From a virus, in the IMG/VR virus record IMGVR_UViG_3300009502_000034, positions 1-64,000 of that record: a stretch of DNA of 64,000 nt. One strand, given 5' to 3'. Positions 10,001 to 19,048 of this stretch are shown here, in pieces (the stretch's first letter is position 1; every line of letters starts with the position of its first letter). Under the pieces are notes generated by a model that worked only from the letters and a program-made list of their open reading frames with translations, searched no databases and was not told the origin of the DNA. The translations under genes were made by a program, and so were the position numbers.

Positions 10001-10293
10001 GAGGCGCAGTGATAGAGATAGGCCCAAATCTATCAGGTTTGATAAAAAGTTCATTTGAGATTATTGTAGTAATTGTAGTGTTGTATTTTTTACTTCGTTA
10101 GGAGGTCTGATGAAAAAAAAGAAAGAGGATGAAAGATGTTGCGGTAATTGCGGAAATTCGATATCAGTTACTAGAACCGTATGTAATAGGATATGCTCTT
10201 CAACGCAGAGCTCCAACACCCCAAGACTTAGGAAGTGGGAGCCACTGCCGGTTGGGTTTGTACGCCCACCAATAGATATGGAGATTGAGATAA

Positions 10294-11760
10294 ATGAATA
10301 ATTATTTTGGATTTTTCTCGGATGGTGACTACAGAGTTATAGAAGTAGTAGACGAGCAGGAATACAAACAATATTTAAGAGCGGTTAATCAAAAATACCC
10401 AAAAGCTTTTGTCTCAGAAATGTTCGAGGCTAGCTCTGGAGAGGAGGCCAAACAAAAGTTTAAAGATAAATTAGGAGTTCATTCTAAACAAGAAAAAGAA
10501 AAAATCGAGGCTAAAGAGAAGGAGGAAGCAGAAATGAAACGAAAAGAGGAGGCAGTAAAAATGGACGAAAATAAAGCGTTGATGGTAAAGATTTTCAAAT
10601 GGGGAGCGGCAGTTGTAGGCGTTATATTAGCCATAATACTCTGCACCAACCTGTTTAAAAATCTGTCAGCAGACAAGGTAATGTGTATACAGAATCCTAT
10701 CACAGGCTCTTTAACATGGTACACGGAGCCGGGTCTTAAGTGGCAGGGCTTCGGGAAGGTAACGAAGTTTGAGAAGCTGGAAACTTATGAATTCCAGATT
10801 CCAGTAAGATTTAATGACGGCGGACACGGAACGGTGGTAGGTTCCATTAACTATGAAGTTCCGCTCGATGTTCCGTCTCTTACATCATTGCTTCAGAAGT
10901 ATGGTAGTCAGGAAGCAATACAAAAGAACCTTGTAGAGGTTGTTACCAATAAGTGTGTGTATATGACTGGCCCGCTTATGTCTTCGAAAGAAAGCTATGC
11001 TGAAAAACGCACGAGCTTAATATTCTATATCGAGGATCAGATTAAGAATGGTGTTTATCGCACAACTCAGGAAGAGGTAAAAACTAAAGACCCCATTACC
11101 GGGGCAGATAAAACCATCACCGTCGCTAAGATTGTGATAGATAAGGACGGCAAACCGATGAGGCAGGAAGATGCTATACTGACAGGGTATGGTATCAAAA
11201 CTAGCAATTTCGCAGTAACCAAGCTTCCCTATGATGATGCAGTAGAGAAACAGATTACACAACAGCAGGGCATCACAATGTCTGTGCAGACCGCAATGGC
11301 ACAGGCCAAAGAAGCGGAACAGAATGCAATCACCGTAGGTAAACAGGGTGAGGCTAATGCGGCGAAAGCAAAGTGGGAACAAGAGGTTGTTAAAGCGAAG
11401 GCTGTCGTAGAGGCTCAACAGCAACTCGAAGTTGCGACCCTTCAGAAACAGGCTGCAGCGCAAGAGAAGGAAAAACAGATCATGCTTGGTGAGGGTGAGG
11501 CTACCAGGAAGAAGCTTGTGATGGCGGCCGACGGTGCGCTTGAGAAAAAGATAGAGGCGCTCGTAGCAATTAATAGCCGTTATGCACAGGCGATGGAAGC
11601 TTATAAGGGAGCGTGGGTTCCTAGCGTCGTGATGAATGATGCGAAGGGAGCCACTGCAGGATCAGGAGCGAACGATCTAATCGAGCTTCTGAAAGCAAAA
11701 TCCGCAAAAGAATTATCGATAGATATGACGATACCTGATAGAAAGAAAGAAGATAAATAA
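10294..11760 (+). CDS. SPFH/band 7 (prohibitin/flotillin-like) membrane protein
   Basis: TM helix, PGLKWQGFG, VRFNDGG, Ala/Glu/Gln-rich coiled coil; alternative start 10561. Confidence 0.8.
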   Translation: MNNYFGFFSDGDYRVIEVVDEQEYKQYLRAVNQKYPKAFVSEMFEASSGEEAKQKFKDKLGVHSKQEKEKIEAKEKEEAEMKRKEEAVKMDENKALMVKIFKWGAAVVGVILAIILCTNLFKNLSADKVMCIQNPITGSLTWYTEPGLKWQGFGKVTKFEKLETYEFQIPVRFNDGGHGTVVGSINYEVPLDVPSLTSLLQKYGSQEAIQKNLVEVVTNKCVYMTGPLMSSKESYAEKRTSLIFYIEDQIKNGVYRTTQEEVKTKDPITGADKTITVAKIVIDKDGKPMRQEDAILTGYGIKTSNFAVTKLPYDDAVEKQITQQQGITMSVQTAMAQAKEAEQNAITVGKQGEANAAKAKWEQEVVKAKAVVEAQQQLEVATLQKQAAAQEKEKQIMLGEGEATRKKLVMAADGALEKKIEALVAINSRYAQAMEAYKGAWVPSVVMNDAKGATAGSGANDLIELLKAKSAKELSIDMTIPDRKKEDK

Positions 11761-11805
11761 CAAAATACCGTGCTGGGCGACAGTTAGCCCGATTTGACTG
11801 AGCAA

Positions 11806-11829
11806 GGGGAGGCGCCTAGCGCTTCCCCA
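11806..11829 (+). terminator. hairpin after SPFH gene
   Basis: GGGGAGGCG-CCTAG-CGCTTCCCC inverted repeat. Confidence 0.45.
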
Positions 11830-11852
11830 CTCGGTCCACGGAATGGAGTGAA

Positions 11853-12302
11853 ATGTCAGTAAGAAAAAAGTTCGACAAAGAATTATATAAAGAAAACGAT
11901 GAGATAGCTAAACGCATAGCGTCTCTTGTGGCTACCAAAAAATACGGCTATGAAGTAAAACAAAATCCAGACCAATATGGTGTGGATCTTTTGTTATTTA
12001 AAAACGGTTTAATATCTGGTTATGCTGAAGCTGAAATTAAAACGGTATGGGACACGTTTAATTTTCCGTACGAAAATATACAGTTTCCAGAACGCAAGAT
12101 TAAGTTTACAAATCTAGGATTGCCAACAATGTTTTGCATGGCTAATTCATTGAAGGATAGGGCGTTGGTGGTTTGGGGGAAGGATCTGAGAGCAAGCCCA
12201 ATAGTGGAGGTCTCTAACAAGTATAATGCTAAGGGCGAGTTGTTCTTTCAGGTTCCGTTAGAAAAAGCCATATTTTATACTATTAAATTAAGGACGGAAT
12301 AA
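11853..12302 (+). CDS. PD-(D/E)xK nuclease-like protein
   Basis: YGVDLL...YAEAEIK pattern. Confidence 0.55.
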   Translation: MSVRKKFDKELYKENDEIAKRIASLVATKKYGYEVKQNPDQYGVDLLLFKNGLISGYAEAEIKTVWDTFNFPYENIQFPERKIKFTNLGLPTMFCMANSLKDRALVVWGKDLRASPIVEVSNKYNAKGELFFQVPLEKAIFYTIKLRTE

Positions 12303-12303
12303 T

Positions 12304-12657
12304 ATGGAATTTAAAACGTCATTGTCTAAAATATATAGTAATTCAATTTATTGGGACGTTTATAACGATGACGAAAAACTCATTGGCACATTCGGTGTAT
12401 TATGGTTAGATCAGAAGCTTTATACAGATATAGAATTGAAAAAGAAATATAGGGGTAAGGGGTATTTTAAATTGGTGTACGATTATTTTATTAATCACCT
12501 TTGGGATGACATGTGGCATACACAAACATTATATGCTTTTGTTGGGAAAAATAACATAGCATCACAAAAAGCCCATCAGAAATATGGATGTAAGTTGGTT
12601 AAGACGAATAGACATACTTATATTTACTTAGTTAAAAAGGCGGTTAAGAATGGCTGA
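12304..12657 (+). CDS. GNAT family acetyltransferase
   Basis: YRGKGY motif A; NIASQKAHQKYG motif B. Confidence 0.8.
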   Translation: MEFKTSLSKIYSNSIYWDVYNDDEKLIGTFGVLWLDQKLYTDIELKKKYRGKGYFKLVYDYFINHLWDDMWHTQTLYAFVGKNNIASQKAHQKYGCKLVKTNRHTYIYLVKKAVKNG

Positions 12658-12711
12658 TATGCCGGTTCAAGTGCATTTGAAGAGTATTATACTTGTTAAC
12701 AAGGAGGAAAT

Positions 12712-13086
12712 ATGAGTGAAGACACAGAAATGAAAGACGCAAAGGAATGTAATTGTAACTGTGAAAAGGAAGACCCTCGTGCACCGGCATATAAGGATGA
12801 TGTGGCTAATCTAGCGTTCAATCATCTACAAATGATAGCTGCGCTTGAGGCGAGAGTATCTGAACTAGAGAAAAAGATTGCGGCATTAAGTGCTACACCT
12901 GAAAATCACTATCATTATCACTATGATATGAAGGGTGATTTGCCTCCGGCTTATAATCCGGGGTATCCGGTTAATCCGTATCCGATATCACCGTCGTGGC
13001 CAGACAGGCCCAACTATCCGATTATAACTAGTGAAAATGATAAAAAGAATTGTGACTACCATAATCTATCAGGAGATGTAAAGTGA
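12712..13086 (+). CDS. hypothetical protein (Pro/Tyr-rich tail)
   Basis: AAGGAGG RBS. Confidence 0.6.
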   Translation: MSEDTEMKDAKECNCNCEKEDPRAPAYKDDVANLAFNHLQMIAALEARVSELEKKIAALSATPENHYHYHYDMKGDLPPAYNPGYPVNPYPISPSWPDRPNYPIITSENDKKNCDYHNLSGDVK

Positions 13087-13415
13087 ATATAGAGTGGGAC
13101 ATTAAAATAAAGAACGTCGGTGGCGGCTTTATCATTGAGGTTCCGTCTGATGCGGAAGAGGGGAGATATAATCAGATTGTGATAGAGGAGAGAGACACGT
13201 CACCCATGACAGACGATAGTGCTCGTTTAGATGAAACCATGGCCGCTAGAGATTTAATCTTTCGTATATTGTCGGCTGTCGGATATTCTTTTAGTGATCA
13301 CAGCGCATATAATATCAAGGTGTCAATAGAGGATAAAGATGGCGACGAAGTAGAAGTTAGGCCAGGTAACTACACCATAGATAAGGTAAAAGATTTAAAT
13401 GAGGGCGCTGAATGA
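13083..13415 (+). CDS. hypothetical protein
   Basis: AGGAG RBS, GTGA overlap. Confidence 0.6.
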   Translation: MNIEWDIKIKNVGGGFIIEVPSDAEEGRYNQIVIEERDTSPMTDDSARLDETMAARDLIFRILSAVGYSFSDHSAYNIKVSIEDKDGDEVEVRPGNYTIDKVKDLNEGAE

Positions 13416-13645
13416 ATATCGAAAAGTATGAATATTACGGAGTTAATGTCTCGGTATTTTCGGAACTAAAAGGTAAACACAAGGAGATGTGCTTATGTTG
13501 GAAATGTGCCCTTCTAATAATCGACCCGGCATATCCAGCACAGAACTGTGAAATTGCCCGTGAGAATTATGAGCTGTGTAAGAAGCACCACGTTGTGACT
13601 CCAGTATTTGAATGTCCAAAATTTATTTCAAAGGAGAAGATATAA
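13412..13645 (+). CDS. small Cys-rich protein
   Basis: CLCWKC...C...C...CPKF. Confidence 0.6.
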   Translation: MNIEKYEYYGVNVSVFSELKGKHKEMCLCWKCALLIIDPAYPAQNCEIARENYELCKKHHVVTPVFECPKFISKEKI

Positions 13646-13809
13646 TGGAAAATTTAATGAGGATTGCAGGCGAGATCAAGGCTCTGCCGATAGAAGACAA
13701 GCGTAGACTAGCGGCTGTTATGGCAGGGGCTGTTTCACAACACATGGATGTAACTAAAATAAGGGACACACATGATTTAGAAATAGCTCTCATAGCATCA
13801 ATGGGATAG
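13645..13809 (+). CDS. hypothetical protein
   Basis: AAGGAG RBS, TAATG overlap. Confidence 0.5.
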   Translation: MENLMRIAGEIKALPIEDKRRLAAVMAGAVSQHMDVTKIRDTHDLEIALIASMG

Positions 13810-13836
13810 GTTATAAAAATCCTTATATAGTGTAAG
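13809..13836 (+). promoter_or_regulatory. phage-specific promoter-like motif, copy 1
   Basis: GGTTATAAAAATCCTTATATAGTG; related copies at 20995, 31031, 56565. Confidence 0.6.
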
Positions 13837-13895
13837 AGGATACGGTCCGGGGTAGTGTAATGGTAGCACGGGTGGCTTGTGTCCGGGGAGCGATA

Positions 13896-14085
13896 ATGAG
13901 ATTTAGTAAGATTTGGATGATACCGAAGGGTGAATTAATTAATATAGTGTAAATTGAGGCGTAAGGTTAATAGACCAGATTTAGTGACCTTAAATAATGA
14001 AATAGGAACATTGGGATATGTTGGTACTGGCAGAAAATACGGAGTAAGTGACCATGCTGTTAGAAAATGGGTTGGTTTGAAATGA
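13896..14085 (+). pseudogene. internally deleted HNH homing endonuclease relic
   Basis: MRFSKIWMIPKGELINIV* then, in another frame, RRKVNRPD..GYVGTGRKYGVSDHAVRKW; these resemble N- and C-termini of tRNA-associated phage HNH proteins; no HNH core. Confidence 0.55.
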
Positions 14086-14156
14086 TACAGGGTCATCTAA
14101 AAGTAGGATGGATCCCTTTGAAGGATCCTATGAAGGTGCGAGTCCTTCCCCTGTAG
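14086..14156 (+). tRNA. tRNA-Gln (UUG), nested inside the interrupted tRNA
   Basis: TACAGGG/CCCTGTA acceptor with U1-A72 and G73; GATCC-CTTTGAA-GGATC; GAAGG-TGCGAGT-CCTTC; followed by CTA, not CCA. Confidence 0.85.
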
Positions 14157-14278
14157 CTAAAACAAATAAGTATCAAAAGGATTCTTACATTTCAAAGACA
14201 AAAGAAACAAGTTTGCCAATTTTTTTGTGAACCACCTAATCCCGGTTCGAGTCCAGGCCCCGGAACCAAGGAGAACGA

Positions 14279-14644
14279 ATGAATATTTTAGTTGTAGAAG
14301 ACGACCCCAATAGGATAGCGTGGTTTAAGAATAAAATATCTGTTGGTCTCGATATATGTACCACAGCCAAAGACGCTGTCGCTCGTGTTAATTCAAAGAA
14401 ATATGACTTCATATTCTTGGATCACGATTTGGGCGGTCGTGTCTTCGTTCCTTCAGAAGATGAAGAAACAGGATACACTGTGGCAAAAGCCATAGCAGAA
14501 TCCAGTAATAAAAATACGGATGTTATAGTGCATAGCATGAACCCGGTCGGAGCCGAAAACATTTGTAGAGTTCTACCGCAGGCTCTCAGGAGGCCCTTCG
14601 GCACTTTTGATTTAAGGCAGGTTGATGATGATGGACAAAAATAA
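14279..14644 (+). CDS. stand-alone receiver domain (cyclic-phosphate-processing receiver-like)
   Basis: ILVVEDD, FLDHDLGG, ETGY and IVHSMNPVGAENI motifs. Confidence 0.75.
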   Translation: MNILVVEDDPNRIAWFKNKISVGLDICTTAKDAVARVNSKKYDFIFLDHDLGGRVFVPSEDEETGYTVAKAIAESSNKNTDVIVHSMNPVGAENICRVLPQALRRPFGTFDLRQVDDDGQK

Positions 14645-14742
14645 AATAACTGTAATAGACATTGTCTCTATATTGGAAATAGTACTCTTGATAGCGGCTT
14701 TACTATATCTCGGTCTTAGACATTAATCTTCACGGAGGTCTA

Positions 14743-14985
14743 ATGGGGAAAAAGGAAAGGTTGCAAGAAAAAGCCGATATATTGCAGGATAAAATCAACA
14801 AGGTAGAAGGCGAGTTAAATGAGCTGGATTTAGAGGATAAGGAAAACGAATTGCAAGAGGCTCAGGATTTGGTGGCGAATATAGAATCTCAGTTAGAGGA
14901 TATGATATCTTCCATAGATGAGCTGGAGATCGAGAAGACAAGGCTGGAATCACAATTAGACGCTATACAAGATCAAATGGACTAG
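14743..14985 (+). CDS. acidic coiled-coil protein
   Basis: GGAGGT RBS, heptad pattern. Confidence 0.6.
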   Translation: MGKKERLQEKADILQDKINKVEGELNELDLEDKENELQEAQDLVANIESQLEDMISSIDELEIEKTRLESQLDAIQDQMD

Positions 14986-14995
14986 TTGCTTCTGA

Positions 14996-15100
14996 AATCC
15001 AACACCTTGCCGTAAAATAATTGCACTACCGAAGGGAGCAAACAGCCACATCAGAGTGCATGGAATGTGGCGGACTAGAGGTTGGCAATTGTGTTGGGTT
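14996..15100 (+). ncRNA. candidate pseudoknotted structured RNA
   Basis: four complementary segment pairs (see findings). Confidence 0.4.
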
Positions 15101-15116
15101 ACAATGGAGGCTGGCG

Positions 15117-15323
15117 GTGACACATGATAAAACAAACGGCAGTATTTATATATATTTGATACCAAAAGAAAGGATGAAATCACTGCATTATAACACAGCT
15201 CTGAAGCCGGTTACTAAATCGTGCATGGTAGCGGTCGACACTGACAAAGACGGCAACACGCTTGGCGTAGAAATCATCTATGAGAAGCATCAAAAGATAC
15301 ACTCATTCATCGTACCCAAATAG
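15117..15323 (+). CDS. DUF2283-like protein
   Basis: GGAGG+GTG; HDKTNGSIYIYL...VDTDKDGNTLGVEII. Confidence 0.6.
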   Translation: MTHDKTNGSIYIYLIPKERMKSLHYNTALKPVTKSCMVAVDTDKDGNTLGVEIIYEKHQKIHSFIVPK

Positions 15324-15499
15324 GAGAGCATGAATATATCCGTTGACGACATAGAAAAGGGCATACACGATATAGTGAAACAGCCGGACGGCATTAGGCG
15401 TCTTGCTGAGGTCATTCATTTAATTCTGAGTGATATGGAATCAACAGCAATGAATACGAAAAAGGCTGTTATTGTTATTAATCAACACAAGGACAACTA

Positions 15500-15988
15500 A
15501 TGCAGAACAATGCGAAACATAAAATAGAACAGTTGGGGATGTCTGAGGGCAAGGCTCGTAGACGGCTTGAGAAGAAGTTTATATTTATGCTTATAGAGAA
15601 AGCTGGTATGAATGTTTGTTATAAGTGTCTTAAGCCAATGACAGCGGATACGTATTCTGTAGAACATAAGAAGGAATGGTTGTATTCAGAGGATCCGGTA
15701 AATGCTTATTTTGATATGGCTAATATAGCGTTTTCCCATAGGAAATGTAATAGGGGAACCAGAGGAATGGTCAGGAAGTCCAGGGGCACTATTTATAAAG
15801 GCATATTCAAGATTAACGATGACAAGAGAAGTAAGCTTTGGAGAGCCAATGTTTACGTGAACGGAAAGCGACATTATGTAGGAAGTTACGCCACGGATAA
15901 GGAAGCCGCCATAGCGTATGATGAGGCCGCTGTTAAATTGTTGGGCGACAGGTGTATAACTAACAAGGCGCTTCATCTTCTCCCTTAA
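15500..15988 (+). CDS. HNH-AP2 domain endonuclease
   Basis: CYKC, SVEH, SHRKCN; YKGI...WRA..YVGSYAT..EAAIAYDEAA AP2 domain. Confidence 0.8.
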   Translation: MQNNAKHKIEQLGMSEGKARRRLEKKFIFMLIEKAGMNVCYKCLKPMTADTYSVEHKKEWLYSEDPVNAYFDMANIAFSHRKCNRGTRGMVRKSRGTIYKGIFKINDDKRSKLWRANVYVNGKRHYVGSYATDKEAAIAYDEAAVKLLGDRCITNKALHLLP

Positions 15989-16150
15989 AAGCATTATTCT
16001 ATAATGCTTTCCAGTCACTATACTCTCTCAACAACGTGAAAACGCATTATTATATAAGTGGTTTTAGAGGCTGTTTTCGTGAAAAGTGGACTTCAAACGC
16101 TCAACACCTTAAGAATAAGCCTTATGCCATAATGTGTTTTAAGCATATTT

Positions 16151-16226
16151 TCCCGAGTAACTCAGCTGGCAGAGTGCGAAACTGTTAATTTCGATGTCCC
16201 ACGTTCGATCCGTGGCTCGGGAGCCA
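16151..16226 (+). tRNA. tRNA-Asn (GUU)
   Basis: 76-nt cloverleaf; TCCCGAG/CTCGGGA acceptor; loop CTGTTAA; CCA end. Confidence 0.93.
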
Positions 16227-16236
16227 ATATCAATGT

Positions 16237-16573
16237 GGGGGTGACTAGTATCGACCGGAAGTTGAAGTCTGTATTGCCTGTTGAGGTTGAGTCTCCTCGT
16301 TAAAAAGATTCAAAAAACAAAAGCTAACTCAAACTTAGCTCTGGCAGCTTAGCTGTCACGCCCACTTTTCCTTGCTCACGTGGTTAAAATGGGCGTCATT
16401 ACAGTGAGATATATCTACTAGTGCGTATGAGAGTAGACGAAAAACAATACGCTGAGGCGTGTCAAGGTTTGCGCATTTGTCTTTGATGCCCTAAAGCTAC
16501 AATTGCGCTACACAGGTAGATATACATGCGGACGCTTTTTGGGACCCGGGTGCGAATCCCGGCACCTCCACCA
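16237..16573 (+). ncRNA. ssrA: tmRNA
   Basis: GGGGGTG/CACCTCC+ACCA acceptor with G3:U70; T arm; tag ORF 16323-16352 encodes ANSNLALAA*. Confidence 0.93.
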
Positions 16574-16581
16574 AATTACTA

Positions 16582-16610
16582 TTGACAAGCAATATTACAT
16601 GTGGTATACT
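16582..16610 (+). promoter_or_regulatory. sigma70-type promoter
   Basis: TTGACA-17 bp-TATACT with TG extension. Confidence 0.75.
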
Positions 16611-16631
16611 TTTATCAATTAAGGAGACGAG

Positions 16632-18677
16632 ATGAAAACTATTTCAGCATGCATAATTTGTAAAAACGAAGAGCCAGTTCTAGATAAAATGTTTAATAGT
16701 ATTAAGTCTGTAGTCGATGAAATCATTTTTGTAGATACCGGCAGTACAGATAAGTCTAAAGATATAGCCGCTAAATACGGCGCAAAGATATATGATTTCC
16801 CATGGACTGGTTCTTTTTCTGATGCACGTAATGAAGCCATGAAACATGCAACGAAGGATTTTATATTTCAAATAGATTGTGATGAAACCCTAACATCTCA
16901 GAGCGTTGCAGAGTTGCAAAGATTAAAAAACTGCGATCTGAAATTATATAATGTCACCATGCACAATTTTTTAGATACCGGTGATATGGTCGTGAGCAAT
17001 AATTTTAGATTATTTCCCAATGATAAAGAGTTAGTGTATGAATTGCCGATACATGAGAATGTATCTGACTATAAAAATAAATATAAAATAGACGGTACGT
17101 CAATTATATTAGATCACTACGGATACACTAAATCCGAGAAAGATAGAAAGGGCTCTGATAAACGAAATTATGATATGCTTAAAGAGTGTGTTGATAAAGA
17201 ACCCAATAACCCTTACTTTATATATCATTTTGCGCAACAGTGTTTTCTTGCTAAAAAATATGAAGATGCATATAAGTTTTATATGCAAGTTGTTGATATA
17301 TTAAAAGCTGATCCTAAACATTTTTATGCAAACTATCTTCCGCTTTCATATGACGGAGCAGCTGTTTGTGCGACGACAATCAATGATATTAATAAAATTA
17401 ATGCGCTTAAGGATGTTGAAACAACGTCATCAGCATTCTATTTAAATTTAGGTACGTTCTGCGAAAACGCAAATCTATTAGATGCAGCGATAACGCTATA
17501 TGATAAAGCGTGCTACTGTACTAAGTTAATAGGAAAATTGTTGAGCTATGATAATGGCGCAATGACGTGGAAACCATATGCTAGCTTAGGCAATGCATAC
17601 TTTAAGGCCGGGAAGATAAGCAAGGCAATAGATGCATACAGGCTGGCATTAAGCGAGAACCAAGTTTTGCCAGAGATATGGGCACAGGCTAGCAGACTTT
17701 ATATTGCTCTTGAAAATATTCCAATGGCTGAAACCTATATGAAGGAAGCCATCAAACATAAAAATGATAAGGTAAATAATATCGCACTAGCCAATATATA
17801 CATTGCTAGCGAGCGGTTAAAGCCTGGGGTAGAACTCTATTTTAAGTGGGCGTCACCAGAACAGTTGATAGCCTTGATGCAAGAGATGCATAGAAATGGA
17901 TTTACCGATATAGTCGACGATATTCAACATGTATTAGATAGTAGGGAACATGCGTTTACGATGCCTAATGTTGACATGCCGTTGCTAGAAAACTCAGTAA
18001 CGATTATCATGCCAACGTTGTTGGTGGCTCCAGCAAGGTGGATAGAAAGATCGTTGGAAGAGGCTGAGAAGTGTAAATACATCAAGAAAGTAATAGTGAT
18101 AGACAATACCGCTAAGAAGGAATTTAAGAGCAAAATAAAGTTTGGAAATAAAGTTATGGTCGTGGATGACCAGCCAGATTTACAGGTCAACCCAGCCTGG
18201 AACTATGGCGTTAATTTGTGCGACACCAAGTACTATCTTCTTTTGAATGACGATATATTGTGGAACAGTGATGTTATACAAAGTTGTTTAAACGTGGTCG
18301 AAAAGAATGACAGGTATTCCGTGTTGACTGTCGTCACTCGTAGAGAAAGTTTTGATGAATATAATAAGGGGTTTCCGGTAACGACGCCAAAGATTATCAC
18401 AGCAGCAGTCCCGCTGAATCATATTGAAGGCGGTTGGTTCGTATTCGGGAAGAAGGATGAATGGATAAATATTCCTAGCGAATTAAAGATTTTTTATGGT
18501 GATAATTTTATATTTGAGAATGCTGTTATAAAGCATAAAAAGAAAATAGGCAAGATTTTAACGCAGTATATTTGTCATATAGTGTCTATCACCGTAACAT
18601 CTCTTCATCTTTATGAGGAAGGATTATTGCAAACAGAAGGTAAGATATATGAAAAGATCAGAGCGAAAATAAGGTAG
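16632..18677 (+). CDS. GT2 glycosyltransferase with TPR repeats and a second GT-A domain
   Basis: VDTGSTD, FSDARN, IDCDE, HYGY; TPR-like helices; C-terminal VNPAWNYG..LLLNDDI. Confidence 0.88.
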   Translation: MKTISACIICKNEEPVLDKMFNSIKSVVDEIIFVDTGSTDKSKDIAAKYGAKIYDFPWTGSFSDARNEAMKHATKDFIFQIDCDETLTSQSVAELQRLKNCDLKLYNVTMHNFLDTGDMVVSNNFRLFPNDKELVYELPIHENVSDYKNKYKIDGTSIILDHYGYTKSEKDRKGSDKRNYDMLKECVDKEPNNPYFIYHFAQQCFLAKKYEDAYKFYMQVVDILKADPKHFYANYLPLSYDGAAVCATTINDINKINALKDVETTSSAFYLNLGTFCENANLLDAAITLYDKACYCTKLIGKLLSYDNGAMTWKPYASLGNAYFKAGKISKAIDAYRLALSENQVLPEIWAQASRLYIALENIPMAETYMKEAIKHKNDKVNNIALANIYIASERLKPGVELYFKWASPEQLIALMQEMHRNGFTDIVDDIQHVLDSREHAFTMPNVDMPLLENSVTIIMPTLLVAPARWIERSLEEAEKCKYIKKVIVIDNTAKKEFKSKIKFGNKVMVVDDQPDLQVNPAWNYGVNLCDTKYYLLLNDDILWNSDVIQSCLNVVEKNDRYSVLTVVTRRESFDEYNKGFPVTTPKIITAAVPLNHIEGGWFVFGKKDEWINIPSELKIFYGDNFIFENAVIKHKKKIGKILTQYICHIVSITVTSLHLYEEGLLQTEGKIYEKIRAKIR

Positions 18678-18685
18678 GAGGGAAA

Positions 18686-19048
18686 ATGTACAATAGCACA
18701 GATAAGTTTGGGTGCGACAATTGTAAACAAAGGCCAAATTGCGATCTTCCGGTCGGATATATTTCACCCGGCAAGAATATATGTAGTTTGTGGATTGGGA
18801 TAGCATCTGGAAACTTTGAAGCACCTATAACTGAATCTCCTGGGAACGTTGGTGAATTTAAAATTAATAGAGACAAAGTGGTAAAAGAATTAGCCGAAGT
18901 GCTAAACAGGAATTGTGTTGAGAATGAAAGCAACACGGCGGACTTTATATTAGCAGAATATCTCTACGATTGTTTAGAGGCCTATAAAAAGATACATGAT
19001 CGTAACGAAAAATGGTACGGAAAGGAACTTAAAATAGGAAATTTTTAA
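18686..19048 (+). CDS. hypothetical protein
   Basis: GGAGG RBS; ENESNTADFILAEYL motif seen in phage proteins. Confidence 0.65.
   Translation: MYNSTDKFGCDNCKQRPNCDLPVGYISPGKNICSLWIGIASGNFEAPITESPGNVGEFKINRDKVVKELAEVLNRNCVENESNTADFILAEYLYDCLEAYKKIHDRNEKWYGKELKIGNF

Larger units (their letters stand above)
13846..14268 (+). tRNA. interrupted tRNA (best fit Gln-UUG; Thr-UGU or His-GUG possible); 5' half 13846-~13878, 3' half ~14228-14268
   Basis: acceptor TCCGGGG/CCCCGGA+A+CCA; D arm GTGT..GCAC; anticodon stem GGTGG/CCACC; T loop TTCGAGT; halves about 350 nt apart. Confidence 0.75.

Noticed and set aside
13879-14227. Group I intron in the tRNA anticodon
   Set aside because: The boundaries fit U|...G, but no P/Q/R/S core is visible, unlike the clear intron at 36135-37023. 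The space is taken by an HNH relic and a tRNA.
15028-15043. Glycine riboswitch (ACCGAAGGGAGCAA resembles part of the aptamer)
   Set aside because: The GGAGA and CUCUCAGG elements are missing.
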